A stretch of 63,487 bases of DNA, filler included, from Octopus bimaculoides (lineage: Eukaryota): the NCBI RefSeq assembly GCF_001194135.2. It is 6 parts of 6 records of this genome, joined end to end, with 100 filler letters (N's around TTAATTAATTAA, not from the genome) between each part and the next. Parts side by side here need not be neighbours in the genome. Positions count along the whole stretch, not along the records: positions 9,799 to 26,523 come from NC_069002.1; positions 26,624 to 45,182 come from NC_068987.1; 4 more parts are not named here. One strand, written 5' to 3'. The position numbers were made by a program, and so were the translations under genes. Position 1 is the stretch's first letter, and every line of letters starts with the position of its first letter. The notes beneath the pieces are model-generated. The model had not been told where the DNA came from, ran no database searches, and saw only the letters and a program-made list of their open reading frames with translations. This document shows positions 24,963-37,859 of the stretch, one piece after another.

Positions 24963-25499
24963 TGGTTTTTTTTTCTATTTTTTCGTGTGATGCAGCTCTG
25001 CCAAGGCTCGTCTTTAAATCTATTATTCCTATACAGAATTCTGTGAAATTCATGAATCGACACAATTCTTGCAATTCTTTTCAAACAAAGTAAAATAAAA
25101 ATCTGATATAACATTTTATGATAGTTCTATCTACACTTTTCCATGGTTCTATCTATTTTTACGACCGTAATATTAGATTAGTTATCGAAATAAAACTTTG
25201 GGGCGTCTTTGAATATCACGATGCTAGGTTTTATGTCACCAAACCTCTATTTACTTTCTTTCTATCATTTCTACGTAACTTCTTTTCTTCTGTATCTGTT
25301 GCCTCTGTATAACCACCCCACCCACTTGCACAAGTAGTAGCATTTTGGATATTTAGTATATACTAAAATTAATAATTATCTCACTTATTTATTTAGCCTA
25401 TGCGGTTTACTGGTTTAGCGTCGTAAATCTCTAATCTTATTTTTAATCTTATTTATAGCACTGAAGTCGGCTCGTAATATTTGTTTGCCTCGTTTGCTG

Positions 25500-26450
25500 T
25501 ACTCTTTTCTAAAGTTCTGCTTTATTTCTCTATGATGTATCATTTGATTCGTTTACACGTTTTAATTAATTTATAGGAATTTTGTTAGATTTATCTAATC
25601 ACAAATCAATTAATATCACTGCTGAGTCCATGCACAGTTCCAAATAGGTTTCCTTCCTTACCTGTACTTCTTTTCTATTTATCAATGAACGTTCGGTTTA
25701 CTAACACACAATGTTTTACATCCGTAGATACTTCCAGACAACATTTCAGCTTCCCTGCTAAGATATTATTATCTTGCACATGAACAGCATATCTAAGATA
25801 ATACATGTCAGCGTTTACATAGTATTGCTAACCATATCGGTCGTCTGCAGATTCAAGAGTCTCTGGTGAGTGTTTTTATTCTTTTAATTAATACCTATTT
25901 CCCTTATAATAAACGATCAGGTATTGATTCGGGTGTCTTTAATAATTGTATTGATTCTAATCTGTTTCATCATACTTTCTACACCTTCTTCATGTTATTA
26001 TAATTTTAATTAAGATTTTCAGTTTTATTGTTATTTTTCAGTAGTCGGCATACATTGCGTGCTTTTACTGTAAAACCGAGAGCATCCCTGTGCGCCATTG
26101 TTATGTACAGTGATTTGATTTGACGTTGTGATTCCTATTGAAAATACATTACGTAATATCTGTAGAACTTGGTAATACTGTGTATTCTGTGCATGTATCA
26201 GTTCTCTGGAATCGGTAAGGTATTGTTCAGTCTGTAGAACATCCTAGAATTATTTTCCTTATGCTGTGCATTGGTTAATATAATGGTCTGCATCATTTTG
26301 AAGCTGCCTTCGATTTACTGTGAACTCATTTTCCTTAATCTGGTTATCTCTATTTCGGAAACCTTTATATTCAGTTATATAAATATTTCTTTTGAGAGGT
26401 GCATTATCATCTGTTGAGATTGATAATTCGATGAAGGAACCTTATTGTTG
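25500..26450 (-). mobile_element. Old LINE reverse-transcriptase remnant (L1-like)
   Basis: Minus-strand traces of the QGC.S motif (about 26080-26095), a YA/DD-like region (about 25760-25790) and YLG (about 25640). Heavily decayed; ends approximate. Confidence 0.4.
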
Positions 26451-26478
26451 GTATCCTTGTAATCAATACACACACATA

Positions 26479-26523
<45 letters not shown>

Positions 26524-26738
26524 NNNNNNNNNNNNNNNNNNNNNNNNNNNNNNNNNNNNNNNNNNNNTTAATTAATTAANNNNNNNNNNNNNNNNNNNNN
26601 NNNNNNNNNNNNNNNNNNNNNNNGAGAGAGAAGGAGAGAGAGAGAGAGAGAGAAGGAGAGAGAGAGAGAGAGAGAGAGAGAGTGAGAGAGAGAGAGATAC
26701 ATATATATGTATGCATGTATGTATATACATATATATTT

Positions 26739-26772
<34 letters not shown>

Positions 26773-27023
26773 TTTATTCGTTCGCATATATATTGTGTAA
26801 CACTAATTATCTCCGTACCAATCAACTTAATTATAATCGATGGTACGTTTGGGTCATCGGTAACCTGATGGATTTTCGTTTATCCAATTAGTGGTGCGTT
26901 GTTAAACGTTGCTCCAATTCGTAACAGGACCTTTAAAGTATCAATGCGCTCACACAGGCAGAATCAATAACAGATATACATACGTAAGCAAATACAATTT
27001 AAACGATAACGATTCATATATAA

Positions 27024-27069
<46 letters not shown>

Positions 27070-27477
27070 GATATATACGATATATATTACTTTGATGTGA
27101 ATCGATCCATGGAACTCGTGCTGATCGCTTGAGTGACTAACTATGTACTTGGAATGGATGGGTGACTAGTTCAGGACAGTGATATTGATAGAATACTAAT
27201 GTTTAATTTAGTAACTGCTCAGTCTCCACTAACAAGTATATATGCAGAAGTTTAATTCGACAGCAACCATTGACGGATTCCCCGCAACTGTAACAGTCAG
27301 TCCTCTTGCTCGCTTCTGCCAACACAGCATGCGGTACATTTTTAAAACACCGCTCGATCGTAGTTCTTCACGTGTCCATTTTGTTTTTATGTTTGTGCTA
27401 GGTTCAGTTGTATTAATTCCGACAGTTATTTCAAGATCTTACTTATTTTATCGATAAATTACAGTTTTTATTATTAT

Positions 27478-27878
27478 TTGGCGCAGGAGTGGCTGTGTGA
27501 TAAGTAGCTTGCTTACCAACCACATGGTTCCGGGTTCAGTCCCACTGTGTGGCACCTTGGGCAAGTGTCTTCTACTATAGCCTCGGGCCGACCAAAGCCT
27601 TGTGAGTGGATTTGGTAGACGGAAACTGAAAGAAGCTCGTCGTATATATGTATATATTTGTATGTCTGTGTTTGTTCCCCCAACATCGCTTGACAACCGA
27701 TGCTGGTGTATTTACGTCCTCGTATCTTAGCGGTTCGGCAAAGGAGACCGATAGAATAAGTACTAGGCTTACAAAGAATAAGTCCTGGGGTCGATTTGCT
27801 CGACTAAAGGCGGTGCTCCAGCATGGCCGCAGTCAAATGACTGAAACGAGTAAAAGAGTAAACGAGTAAAAGAGTAAA
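27478..27878 (+). mobile_element. SINE family B, full length
   Basis: tRNA-like head ggcgcaggagtggctgtgtg...ccgggttcagtcccactg, CORE/Meta-like segment ggcaccttgggcaagtgtctt, central TA/TG tract and tail (gtaaaagag)n. Confidence 0.88.
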
Positions 27879-28524
27879 NNNNNNNNNNNNNNNNNNNNNN
27901 NNNNNNNNNNNNNNNNNNNNNNNNNNNNNNNNNNNNNNNNNNNNNNNNNNNNNNNNNNNNNNNNNNNNNNNNNNNNNNNNNNNNNNNNNNNNNNNNNNNN
28001 NNNNNNNNNNNNNNNNNNNNNNNNNNNNNNNNNNNNNNNNNNNNNNNNNNNNNNNNNNNNNNNNNNNNNNNNNNNNNNNNNNNNNNNNNNNNNNNNNNNN
28101 NNNNNNNNNNNNNNNNNNNNNNNNNNNNNNNNNNNNNNNNNNNNNNNNNNNNNNNNNNNNNNNNNNNNNNNNNNNNNNNNNNNNNNNNNNTACAAACACT
28201 CATACACGTTTTCATAATACATACATACATACATACATACATACATACATACATACATGTATACAGAATACATACATACATGCATACATGCATGCATAAT
28301 GCATGCATACATACAAACATAGGTACATACACATACATAATGCATACAGGCATACATACGTACTTACATACGTACATACATGCCTACATACAAAAATGTA
28401 TACATATACACATGCATACATGCATGCATATATACATACAAACGTACATACATATATACATTCATTCATACCTACATACATACACACATACATTCATACA
28501 TACAAACACACACACAAAAAAACT

Positions 28525-28745
28525 GCGCACGCGATCCATTCGCATACATCTATTGGATCACAAACGTACAGAGAAGCACACAAGTTGCGCCGAATCTCCC
28601 TGAGAGCAACTACGTTAAGGATCCGCGTGTCTATGAAGTGCTCGGCTGTTTGCACGCCAATTTCACGAGCAGGCTGTCCCCTTGGTCAGATCAACAGGAA
28701 CCCTTTTTGTCGCAACTGACGGAGGGTCATTTGGTCTTGCATGAT
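28525..28745 (+). mobile_element. SINE family C, 3' part, degenerate
   Basis: gaatctccctgagagcaactacgttaagg...aatttcacgagcaggctgt...gacggag matches 41205-41340. Confidence 0.65.
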
Positions 28746-29745
28746 TAGTTGTAGTCTGTGTATGATTTTGCTGCTATTTCATGCTGGTCGAACAACCACA
28801 ACGGGGATCCACACTGGCTTGTTTGTATTGCTTTTATTTGGCTCAACTTTGATTGAGCAAACCTAAGATCAAGGTGTTCCAGTCGTGACTATACTTATGA
28901 TTATCTTTCCACTTTGTATAGCAATCATTCCACTGGCCATTGATTGCATCCATACTTCCTCCGACGTAATTTGAGGAAAATTTGGTTGCCATTTCTTGCA
29001 AATGAAGCAATCACGTTCCCTCTCTGTTAGTGTTTGTTGTTGTTAATTAGCCCCAGATTAGAAAGGCGGCGAGCTGGCAGAATCGTTAGCACGCCGGGCG
29101 AAATGGTTAGCGGCATTTCGTCTGTCGCTACGTTCTGAGTTCAAATTCCACCGAGGTTGACTTTGCCTTTCATCCTCTCGGGGTCGATTAAATAAGTACC
29201 AGTTACGCACTGGGGTCGATATAATCGACTTAATCCCTTTGTCTGTCCTTGTTTGTCCCCTCTATGTTTAGCCCCTTGTGGGCAATAAAGAAATAAGAAA
29301 CGTTAGCACGCTCGGCGAAGTGCTTAGCGTTATTTCGTTTGTCTTTATGCTCTGAGTTCAAATTCCGCCGAGGTCGACTATGCCTTTCATTTTTTCGGGG
29401 TCGATAAATTAAGTACCAGTTGCGTACTGGGGTCGATCTAATCGACTGGCCCCTTCCCCAAAAATTTCGAGCAGAAAAGAATTAGCCCCAGGTTAGCTCT
29501 AATTGAGAAGACGTATGATCAAAGGCATTCCAACCATGACCATTCCGTATTATTCCTATGAATCTAGAACCCTATGATCCAATATGCCCTTCTTGAATTT
29601 GTAATTTGAGGCTTCTATTTCTAGCTGCTTGAACAACCACGTAAGCTTTCTTTTTAGTCCGTTGTTGCTGGTGCTTCGTCCAAAGCCAGCCCTGATCGAG
29701 CAGACCCTGATCAAAGACCTTCCCACCATGACCATACTAACTAGT
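28745..29745 (-). mobile_element. Cluster of copies of a short dispersed element (family E)
   Basis: Recurrent + strand motifs gttgtt..tagccccagg...gatcgagcagacc.tgatcaaag..attcca.ccatgacc and tttgag.gagatttggctgctatttctagc. Further copies at about 30430, 31600, 32350, 32945, 40700-40850, 47235 and 50810-50960, and an opposite-orientation copy at 44175-44262. Strand inferred from the (CAA)n-like tail. Confidence 0.6.
29062..29479 (+). mobile_element. SINE family A dimer (LINE-tailed variant plus standard variant) inside a family E copy
   Basis: The first unit ends ..tctatgtttagccccttgtgggcaataaagaaat. The second starts at gaaacgttagcacg. The whole dimer is flanked by the TSD aattagccccag(a/g)ttag (29045-29061 and 29480-29496). 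Confidence 0.85.
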
Positions 29746-31184
29746 TTTTTTCTTCAGATATTTGCAGACTGTCCTCATTTAACGACTTACCTATTAACGA
29801 CCACTCGGAGTTACGACGAACTTTACGAGCCGTCATTACATATCTTACAAAATAGAACTTGAGGCGATGGATCCAAATTTTGAGCGATTTTCCAAGGTGG
29901 AAAGGCAGACAACTGAACTTTTCCGATGTTATCGAGAAATTTATGACGAAAAAACGAAGATAACAAAGCAAACAACACTGACGGGATTTTTCATGCATTT
30001 TGATGTCAAGAATGAGTTGCTTTTGTAATCTTTATCCAAAGTAAAACGAATTTATTATGTTTGAGTTTCCTTTAAACCTTTTCACCTTTTCTATATAATC
30101 CTGAGAAAAGTTTATTAGGCATCTTATGTACTGGGCCTGCAATCACAAACATACGATGTCTGAGCTACAATAATACAGTATCCATGTCCTAACTTTTGAG
30201 GTTTTCCTTCTGATTATCTTACTGTTGCTCATTCATTTTTCAACAATTTTTGTTCGTGATTCTTGGCCCTGTACTGCATAGACTTCTTCATACAGTCCGG
30301 TATTCTGTTTTTATATGTACGTACAGTCCGGTATTCTGTTTTTAGATGTACGTACAGGACACGGAACGTAACTCGGTCGTTAAATGAGGACAGTCTGTAT
30401 GTTCTTTCTTCTCCTTTTAAAGACGCTTCAGCATGATTTGAAGGCGATTAAGCTGCTATTTCTAAAAGGCAAATAAACCACATAGAAACTCCTTTGTTTG
30501 CTTATCGCTGTCGTCGCCGACGTCGTCGTTGCTGTTGTTGATAGTGGTGGTAATAGTGGTGCTGCTGATGGTGTTGGCTCTGGTGGTGTTGATAGTGGTG
30601 GTGGTGGTGGTGGTGGTGGTNNNNNNNNNNNNNNNNNNNNNNNNNNNNNNNNNNNNNNNNNNNNNNNNNNNNNNNNNNNNNNNNNNNNNNNNNNNNNNNN
30701 NNNNNNNNNNNNNNNNNNNNNNNNNNNNNNNNNNNNNNNNNNNNNNNNNNNNNNNNNNNNNNNNNNNNNNNNNNNNNNNNNNNNNNNNNNNNNNNNNNNN
30801 NNNNNNNNNNNNNNNNNNNNNNNNNNNNNNNNNNNNNNNNNNNNNNNNNNNNNNNNNNNNNNNNNNNNNNNNNNNNNNNNNNNNNNNNNNNNNNNNNNNN
30901 NNNNNNNNNNNNNNNNNNNNNNNNNNNNNNNNNNNNNNNNNNNNNNNNNNNNNNNNNNNNNNNNNNNNNNNNNNNNNNNNNNNNNNNNNNNNNNNNNNNN
31001 NNNNNNNNNNNNNNNNNNNNNNNNNNNNNNNNNNNNNNNNNNNNNNNNNNNNNNNNNNNNNNNNNNNNNNNNNNNNNNNNNNNNTGGGGGATGGAGTGCT
31101 GTGATCTCGGCTACCTATAAGCCAAGGAAACCGGGTAACCGGCCCCGTCAGTCCTAGCACTCAAGACAGTAATGTCCGGGATTT

Positions 31185-31225
<41 letters not shown>

Positions 31226-31227
<2 letters not shown>

Positions 31228-31440
31228 AGGCAGTTAGCTGGCAGAATCGCTAGCACGCTGGATGAAATCCTTAGCGGTGTTTCGCCTTTCTGGGTTCAAA
31301 TTCCACCGAGGTCGACTTTGCTTTTCATCCTTTCGGACTCGCCAAATTCAGTACCAGTAAAACACTGGGGCCGATGTAATCGACTATTCCCCTTCCCCCA
31401 CCCCAAATTTCAGGCCTTTGTGCTTTTAGTAGAAAGGATA
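31226..31440 (+). mobile_element. SINE family A following (GAT)n
   Basis: A/B boxes and the family A tail are visible. Confidence 0.8.
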
Positions 31441-31714
31441 TTGATGATGATGTTTCAAATCTGGCAGGTACAGTCAACAGGGCTGAAACTACATAAAGGG
31501 GCTTCCTTTAGTGCTGCAGCCGTTGTCCTAGTGGGTATTTATCGCCCCGGGGAATTGTCATCGGGGGGTAATTGTCCTGATACGACGATGTTAGCGAAAT
31601 CTAGCTGCTATTTCTAGCAGGCTGAGCGACCACGTTGAAGTGCCCCTCCCCCATTGACTCGTCTTTAGTGTAGATTAAGTTGCTACGACGATCAAGGTGA
31701 GAGACTGTATAGAG

Positions 31715-32033
31715 CAGTGGTCCCCAACTGGGGTCCATACGGCCTTTGAGTGGGTCCATATAAGATCTTTTTGTTAAAGTTTATGAGCAATAAATTAGTT
31801 ACACAAGATATTTAAACAATTACTGATAACATTTAATTATTGTTTTATTTGCTTCCGTCATTTGATTGCGGCTATGCTGGAGCGCCGCCTTGAAGGATTT
31901 TAGTAGAAAAACAAATCGACCCCAAGACTTATTTTTTAAGCCTCTTTTGCCGACCCGCTAAGTTACGGGGGACGTAAACACACCAACACCGGTTGTCAAG
32001 CGGTGATGTGGGGGACACAAATACCGGCACACA

Positions 32034-32094
<61 letters not shown>

Positions 32095-32308
32095 TTATTC
32101 TTTCAGTTCCTTCAGTTTCCGTCTTCCAAATCCACTCACAAAGCTTTGGTAGGCCCGAGTCTATAGTAGAAGTCATTATTTGCCCAAGATGCCACGCAGT
32201 CGGACTGAACCCGGAACCATGTGGTTGGGAATCAAGCTTCTTGAGGGTCCAATAGAATCAAATAGGAATCAAAGGGGCCTACAGGCAAAAAATGGCTGAG
32301 AACCACCA
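31715..32308 (+). mobile_element. hAT (Charlie-like) MITE interrupted by SINE family B
   Basis: Starts CAGTGGTCCCCAAC after gtaTAgag and ends ggctgagaaccac. A minus-strand SINE B occupies about 31836-32242. Confidence 0.6.
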
Positions 32309-32539
32309 GTAAGGAAGCTTCTTTGCTGTCTGTCTGTTTGGCTGGCTTTTGTTGCTGTTTTTAGCTACGGGTCCTGATCCAGCCGATCTATGATCAAGAG
32401 TGTTCAAGACTCAGGTACAGTGTATCTAGGACTACATCTTCTGAAAGAGTCTTAGGCACTACAATATCTAATGTAGGACTATTAAGGTTGGTGGATTGGC
32501 AAAAATTGTTCGAACATTATTATTATTTTGGTTAAGAGT

Positions 32540-32900
32540 GCAGTGAGCTGGCAGAATCGTTAGCATGCCGGGCGAAATACTTAGTGGCATTTTCGTCTGA
32601 CTTTACATCCTGAGTTCAAATTCCGTCGAGATCGACTTAGCCTTTCATCTTTTCAGGGTCGATGAAATAAGTATCAGTTGAGCACTGGGGTCAACTTAAT
32701 CGACTTAGTCTCTCCCCTAAAATTGCTGGCCTTGTGTCAAAATTTGAAAGTATTATTCATCCTGGTTCTTTACGTTTTGAGGTCAAATCTCACAATGATC
32801 ACCTTTGCCCTTTATTCCTTTCGAGGTCGATACAATAAAGTGCCAGTCAAATAATGGAGTCGGAAGAATCGATTATACCCTTCTCCATAAAACAATTTAT
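32540..32900 (+). mobile_element. SINE family A copy plus a partial second copy
   Basis: gcagtgagctggcagaatcgttagc...gagttcaaattccgtcgag...gccttgtgtcaaaatttgaaa, followed by a headless copy. Confidence 0.75.
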
Positions 32901-33037
32901 GCCTGTTAGGAATTACAAATGTGTCCTTTTAAGACGGTGGGCCGCGATTTGAGGGAAATTTGGTTGCTATTTCTCACAAGTTAATCAACCACATATCAGC
33001 CCCTTAACTCACATTTCTATTCTATTAAAGGAGTTTT

Positions 33038-33265
33038 ATTTCTTTATTGCCCAAAAGCGGCTAAACATAGAGGGGACAAACAAGAACAGACAAAAAGATT
33101 AAGTCAATTACATCGACTCCAGTGCGTAACTGTACTTAATTTATCGACCCCGAAAGGATGAAAGGCAAAGTCGACCTCGGTGGAATTTGAACTCAGAACG
33201 TAGCGGTAGACGAAATACCGCTCAGCATTTCGCCCGGAAAGCTAACGTTTCTGCCAGCTCGCCGC
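33038..33265 (-). mobile_element. SINE family A, LINE-tailed variant, with a 21-bp TSD
   Basis: Perfect direct repeat ctattctattaaaggagtttt at 33017-33037 and 33266-33286. On the + strand the tail reads atttctttattgcccaaaagcggctaaacataga. Confidence 0.9.
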
Positions 33266-34059
33266 CTATTCTATTAAAGGAGTTTTCTGTTTTATTTTTA
33301 TTTGTTTTGTTGTTGCTTTTTTTTTTTTTTTCATGGTGGTATCATGACTGGAAGTCTTGTTCGTGTGGTCGGCATTGCTAGTTGTGTAGCAAGACATATA
33401 AATTAAATCGATCTGTATACTATAAGTGAAATCAATGAGCTGCAGCAACTCATAAAGTCCCGTAACTTATACGGTAAGGTTTTTTTGTGTTCCGTTGAAC
33501 ATTACTTATTTATCGCGGCAATCACTAAGGATTACAACAACAACAACAACAACAACAACAATTTGATCAATACCATCACAACATACAACAATAACAAGAA
33601 CGACAACACACACAGACAAAAAAGAAAAGAAAAAAGAAGCGACAGTAGGAAAATCACCGGCAATAGTCATATCGTTAACAACAATAATAAAGCAAGTCAC
33701 GACATGCGGCGTAGAGGCCTGGAACCTGGAATATCAACGTTGGTTGGCGCTGAAGAAGGGAAAACAACGAAACAAAAAGCGGTTATATAAGAGGTGAAGT
33801 GATGAAGAAGGAAAGGCGTGGGGAGAGGAACACGAAAAAAGAAAAAAAATGAATGAAGACGTAAAAGATGAAAAAGAAAAAAAGTATGCGGGGTGCATGC
33901 AGAGTGTTTTCAGGGTGGTACAAAAAAAAAGAAAAAAATTTATTGATGTTTTTATTTGCATTGCCGGTTACTTTTCGTTTTATTTTCATAATATTTTCCG
34001 GTTATAATCTTATTTATTCATAATTTATTGCAAAACAAAACACATGAATGCATATACGT

Positions 34060-34138
34060 AACGTACGTACGTACATACACACACATCTCATACATACCTA
34101 TATACATATTATTGTACATCCATTTTATACACACGTAC

Positions 34139-34208
<70 letters not shown>

Positions 34209-34385
34209 CCATACATATATGTATATGTATATGCGTATGTATGCCTGTGTATGTATATATATATATATATATACACACACATGCATACGTATATACGTAT
34301 ATATATAATATATATATATATATACATACGTATGGATATATATACAGACACACATATACATATATATATACATACATATATACAT

Positions 34386-34425
<40 letters not shown>

Positions 34426-34460
34426 GTGTATGTATGTATGTATGTATGTATATATGTATA
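34060..34460. repeat. Compound (TA)n/(CA)n/(TATG)n microsatellite
   Basis: Directly visible. It produces the spurious YI/HT ORFs in the track. Confidence 0.95.
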
Positions 34461-34519
34461 TAGTCCAGTACTGCCAATCACATGGTTCGAGTGATAGATG
34501 ATTAAACCGGTTTCTCAGA

Positions 34520-35449
34520 CCCAACTCGCCATGGTGGAAGGATGTTGGGGGTCAATCTTCGGGGTTAAAAACAAGACCAGTCAGAGGATGGACAAGCTTC
34601 TTGTGAGCCAAACTCGACAAAAGCGATAGAGTAGCCTCCTGGGATGAAGACCCTATCTGAAAGGCAAAGCTACTCGGTATCAACACTTGCCTCTTAGCCT
34701 TCCTGTAGGATGCTCTGCTCATCACGGTTTCCGCACCAGAGGATTAGCAGATTTCAAGAACAGAGAATGGAGACTGTTCGTCACAAACCACCTTAATTTT
34801 AATGCATTCTTCTATAACTGTCTTTCAGAATTCTGTTCGCGAAAGGTAAGGGGCGACAGGCGCAGTGAAAATGCATGTGGAAGCTCTCAGCCATGTACCA
34901 ACATGATGGTAATGGTGTAATGATCAGCTAGGATCTACTTCGGTTCTGTTTTGGTGATGAAGTGGCCCTTTTCGTGGATGACCTGTTTCCTTCTAAAGGA
35001 AAACGTTCTTTAACGTGCCTTGCCTTAACTACTTTCTATTAGCTAACCAGGACAATTGGACAACTATATCAGCGCTCAAAAACATCAAGGAAAATGAGAA
35101 AAGGCCAAATTAAACTGCACTTTGTTTCATGTAATGTTCCTAACCTACAAAAAGATGCAAACAAGCTGGACCATTGACCAATAATAAAGGCCAAAGAGCA
35201 ACAACTGTAATAGGGATTATTTCAGCCTTGAGTGAAACAAAACTGGTTAATGTGCAGTCACCAAGAAAATGGCTACGTCTTCTACTGGATAAGCTGTCTG
35301 CCAGGATGACCAAACTCGTCAACATGGAGTTGGTTTTGCTGTCTGGTAGATACGGATTCAGAATATTGTGGAACTACCTAATGGCTTCAGCCCAAGGATT
35401 ATGCCTCAGCATATCAATCTTGGAGGATTGTTAATATGTATACATAAGT

Positions 35450-35522
<73 letters not shown>

Positions 35523-36960
35523 GCAAGATTAATAGAAGGTAGCAGAAAGAAAGGCAGCTTTTACAACTCAAGCAGATACTAGGTCGTATATTTGTTAACC
35601 TTTTATTTCTCAGTGATTTCAGTGCTAGAGTTGAATGAAATCAAATGGCATGGAACAAAATTATAGGAATTGTTGATACTGGGAATGAAAATACAAATAG
35701 CACGTTTTTATTTTTATTATTTCCACTAGTGGTTCATATCACCTTGTCCTGACCAACTCACCGCCTTAGCACAAAAACAAATATAATCAATCTGGTAACA
35801 TCTATTCTATAAACATTGGAATCAACTTGATCATATAATTTCTGGTCAGCGTGACAGGAAATCAATGCAACTGACATGTGTGCGCTTCATACTGCGCTCT
35901 TTTGGCCAGATCATAAATTAGCTGAATGAACTCATTTATCATAAATGAACTAAATGTACAATTCCGATTCAGCAAGGGTAATATCCATTTAAAAAGCGGA
36001 AACCAAGTTCCTGGGATTCAGCAAACGCAAGCATCGTGATTGGATTGAGGAAAATGACACCATCATTTCAAGAAAATTTGATGAGCTACATGTACTTCAC
36101 AAGTCGCGGCTGAGGACAAAACATCAAAACAGCTACTAAAAAGAAAGCAAGCTTACACCAACATTTGGTAGAAAACTGGGTCAAAGGTTCATGGAATGAA
36201 AGAAAAGTAGCAGCGTTAAATAACTGTTGATCTGCAAGAAGCTTTGAACAGAAATTACATGAAACGCTATTAGAATGGTCCAATGAAAGTTTATGGAAAA
36301 AGCATAAAGGCGGCTCAACTGAGTTCTAAGGATGGAACCAGGATACTTACAGAAACTATTTGGTCTATTGTAAAAATGGGCTTGGCATTTTGACATTTTA
36401 AACTAAGCGTCAATATTTAACGAATAATTTGTAGAAAATATTGAACAAATTCCAATCATTGTAATGTTGATGAAAGCGATCTCATATTCTGAATTAGAAA
36501 CACGAAACTCAGTTTAGGAAGGTACCCGGCTCAGACTCTATCCGCCAAATTTACAGACTGACAATCTACTACGGCTCAGATTGCAAAAGCTTTGCAACTC
36601 TATTTTCAAGAATTAATGAGGTGCACAAAATTTCAATTTTATAACTATAATCCATTTATGGAAGAGGGAAGATGATCGCATGATCTGTGACAATCGACAT
36701 GATGTCTCTTTGATTGTAATTGCTGAGAAAATTATTGTCAAGATATTCCTGAAACGACTCATTAAACATCAGTTTCCAGTGAATCCTCAGTGTGGTTTCT
36801 TCTCAAACGAGGAATAACCGATATAGTTTTCAACCTTCGTCCACTTCAAGAAAACAAGGCTTCAATCTCATTGTTTTTCATAGATTTTATCAAGATATTT
36901 GACAATGTTAATCGTAATAGTCTGTGAAAAATTCTCTTTAAGGCTGACTGTTCTCCTGGC
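34520..36960 (+). mobile_element. RTE-clade (BovB-like) LINE, long degenerate copy
   Basis: In the expected order: APE-like ISALSETKL (about 35220), GFSKRKHRDWIEENDT (about 36015-36065), RT-like IIHLWKREDDRMICDN..VSLI..AEKIIVKIFLKRL (about 36645-36765), PQCGF and FIDFIKIFDNVNR. Many stops; ends approximate. Confidence 0.75.
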
Positions 36961-37183
36961 TTTTGAAGACATCATTGCTTCCTTCCAGAATTGGAATACG
37001 AGCAATTGTTGTTGAAAATGGAACATTGTGGTTCTTAAACATGGCGGAACATTTTAATGTGACCAATAAAATTAATTTTGCTTTATTTTTTAAAGTATAT
37101 TTTATTTTTTCTTGACATTTTACTTTGGTAGCTCTTACACAATAGTTTATGTAGTCTTGACAGCCATATATATACGTGTGTGT

Positions 37184-37272
<89 letters not shown>

Positions 37273-37318
37273 AACTTCCGTTTTTCTATCTGTTTTGAAA
37301 ACAAATCATGCAGATACA

Positions 37319-37737
37319 TCTTGGGAGAGCTGTTTTGCCCATAAAAAACACACATTGATTCTATTTCACTTCTTTTTATTATTAGCCAACAGGTAAACTA
37401 ATTAACCAGTTAACTAACCGATTGCTTGTCTTGTCGTTTGATCAATAAATCAATCAGTTTTGTTTATCGAAGTCCTTTCGTTGTTGCCACCCGTGACCTC
37501 ATCAAGGACACGTGCCTTTGTTGCTGCAAGTCCGTCACGGTGTGTCCAAACCGTTATTGATTGCTTCTAGAATAACGATGAAAAAACCCTGATAAACCAA
37601 TTAGTTGATTGATCATGGATCACACGATTAATCAAGCAATTGATTCGTTAAACGATTCATTAACGACAAATAATGATAAAAAGAAGTGAAATAGAAACTT
37701 TGTGTGTCTTTTTATATGAAGAATGACCCTCCTAAGA
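37319..37737. mobile_element. MITE-like element with subterminal inverted repeats
   Basis: Perfect 21-bp IR ttctatttcacttctttttat (37359-37379) / ataaaaagaagtgaaatagaa (37676-37696), with imperfect extension outward to tcttgggag / ctcctaaga. Confidence 0.65.
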
Positions 37738-37859
37738 CAATATGTATGTATATACATGAATGTACAGCTGTTTCATCTGTGTGTGAGCCAAGAGTGGTTG
37801 GACTGAGTTGGAGAAGAAATACTCATTTTACCAGCATTTTGTTTTGTATGGGTCTCCAT

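Noticed and set aside
30291-30357. 31-bp tandem duplication (also the 15-bp x3 repeat at about 40680-40725)
   Set aside because: Ordinary local slippage duplications with no further structure.
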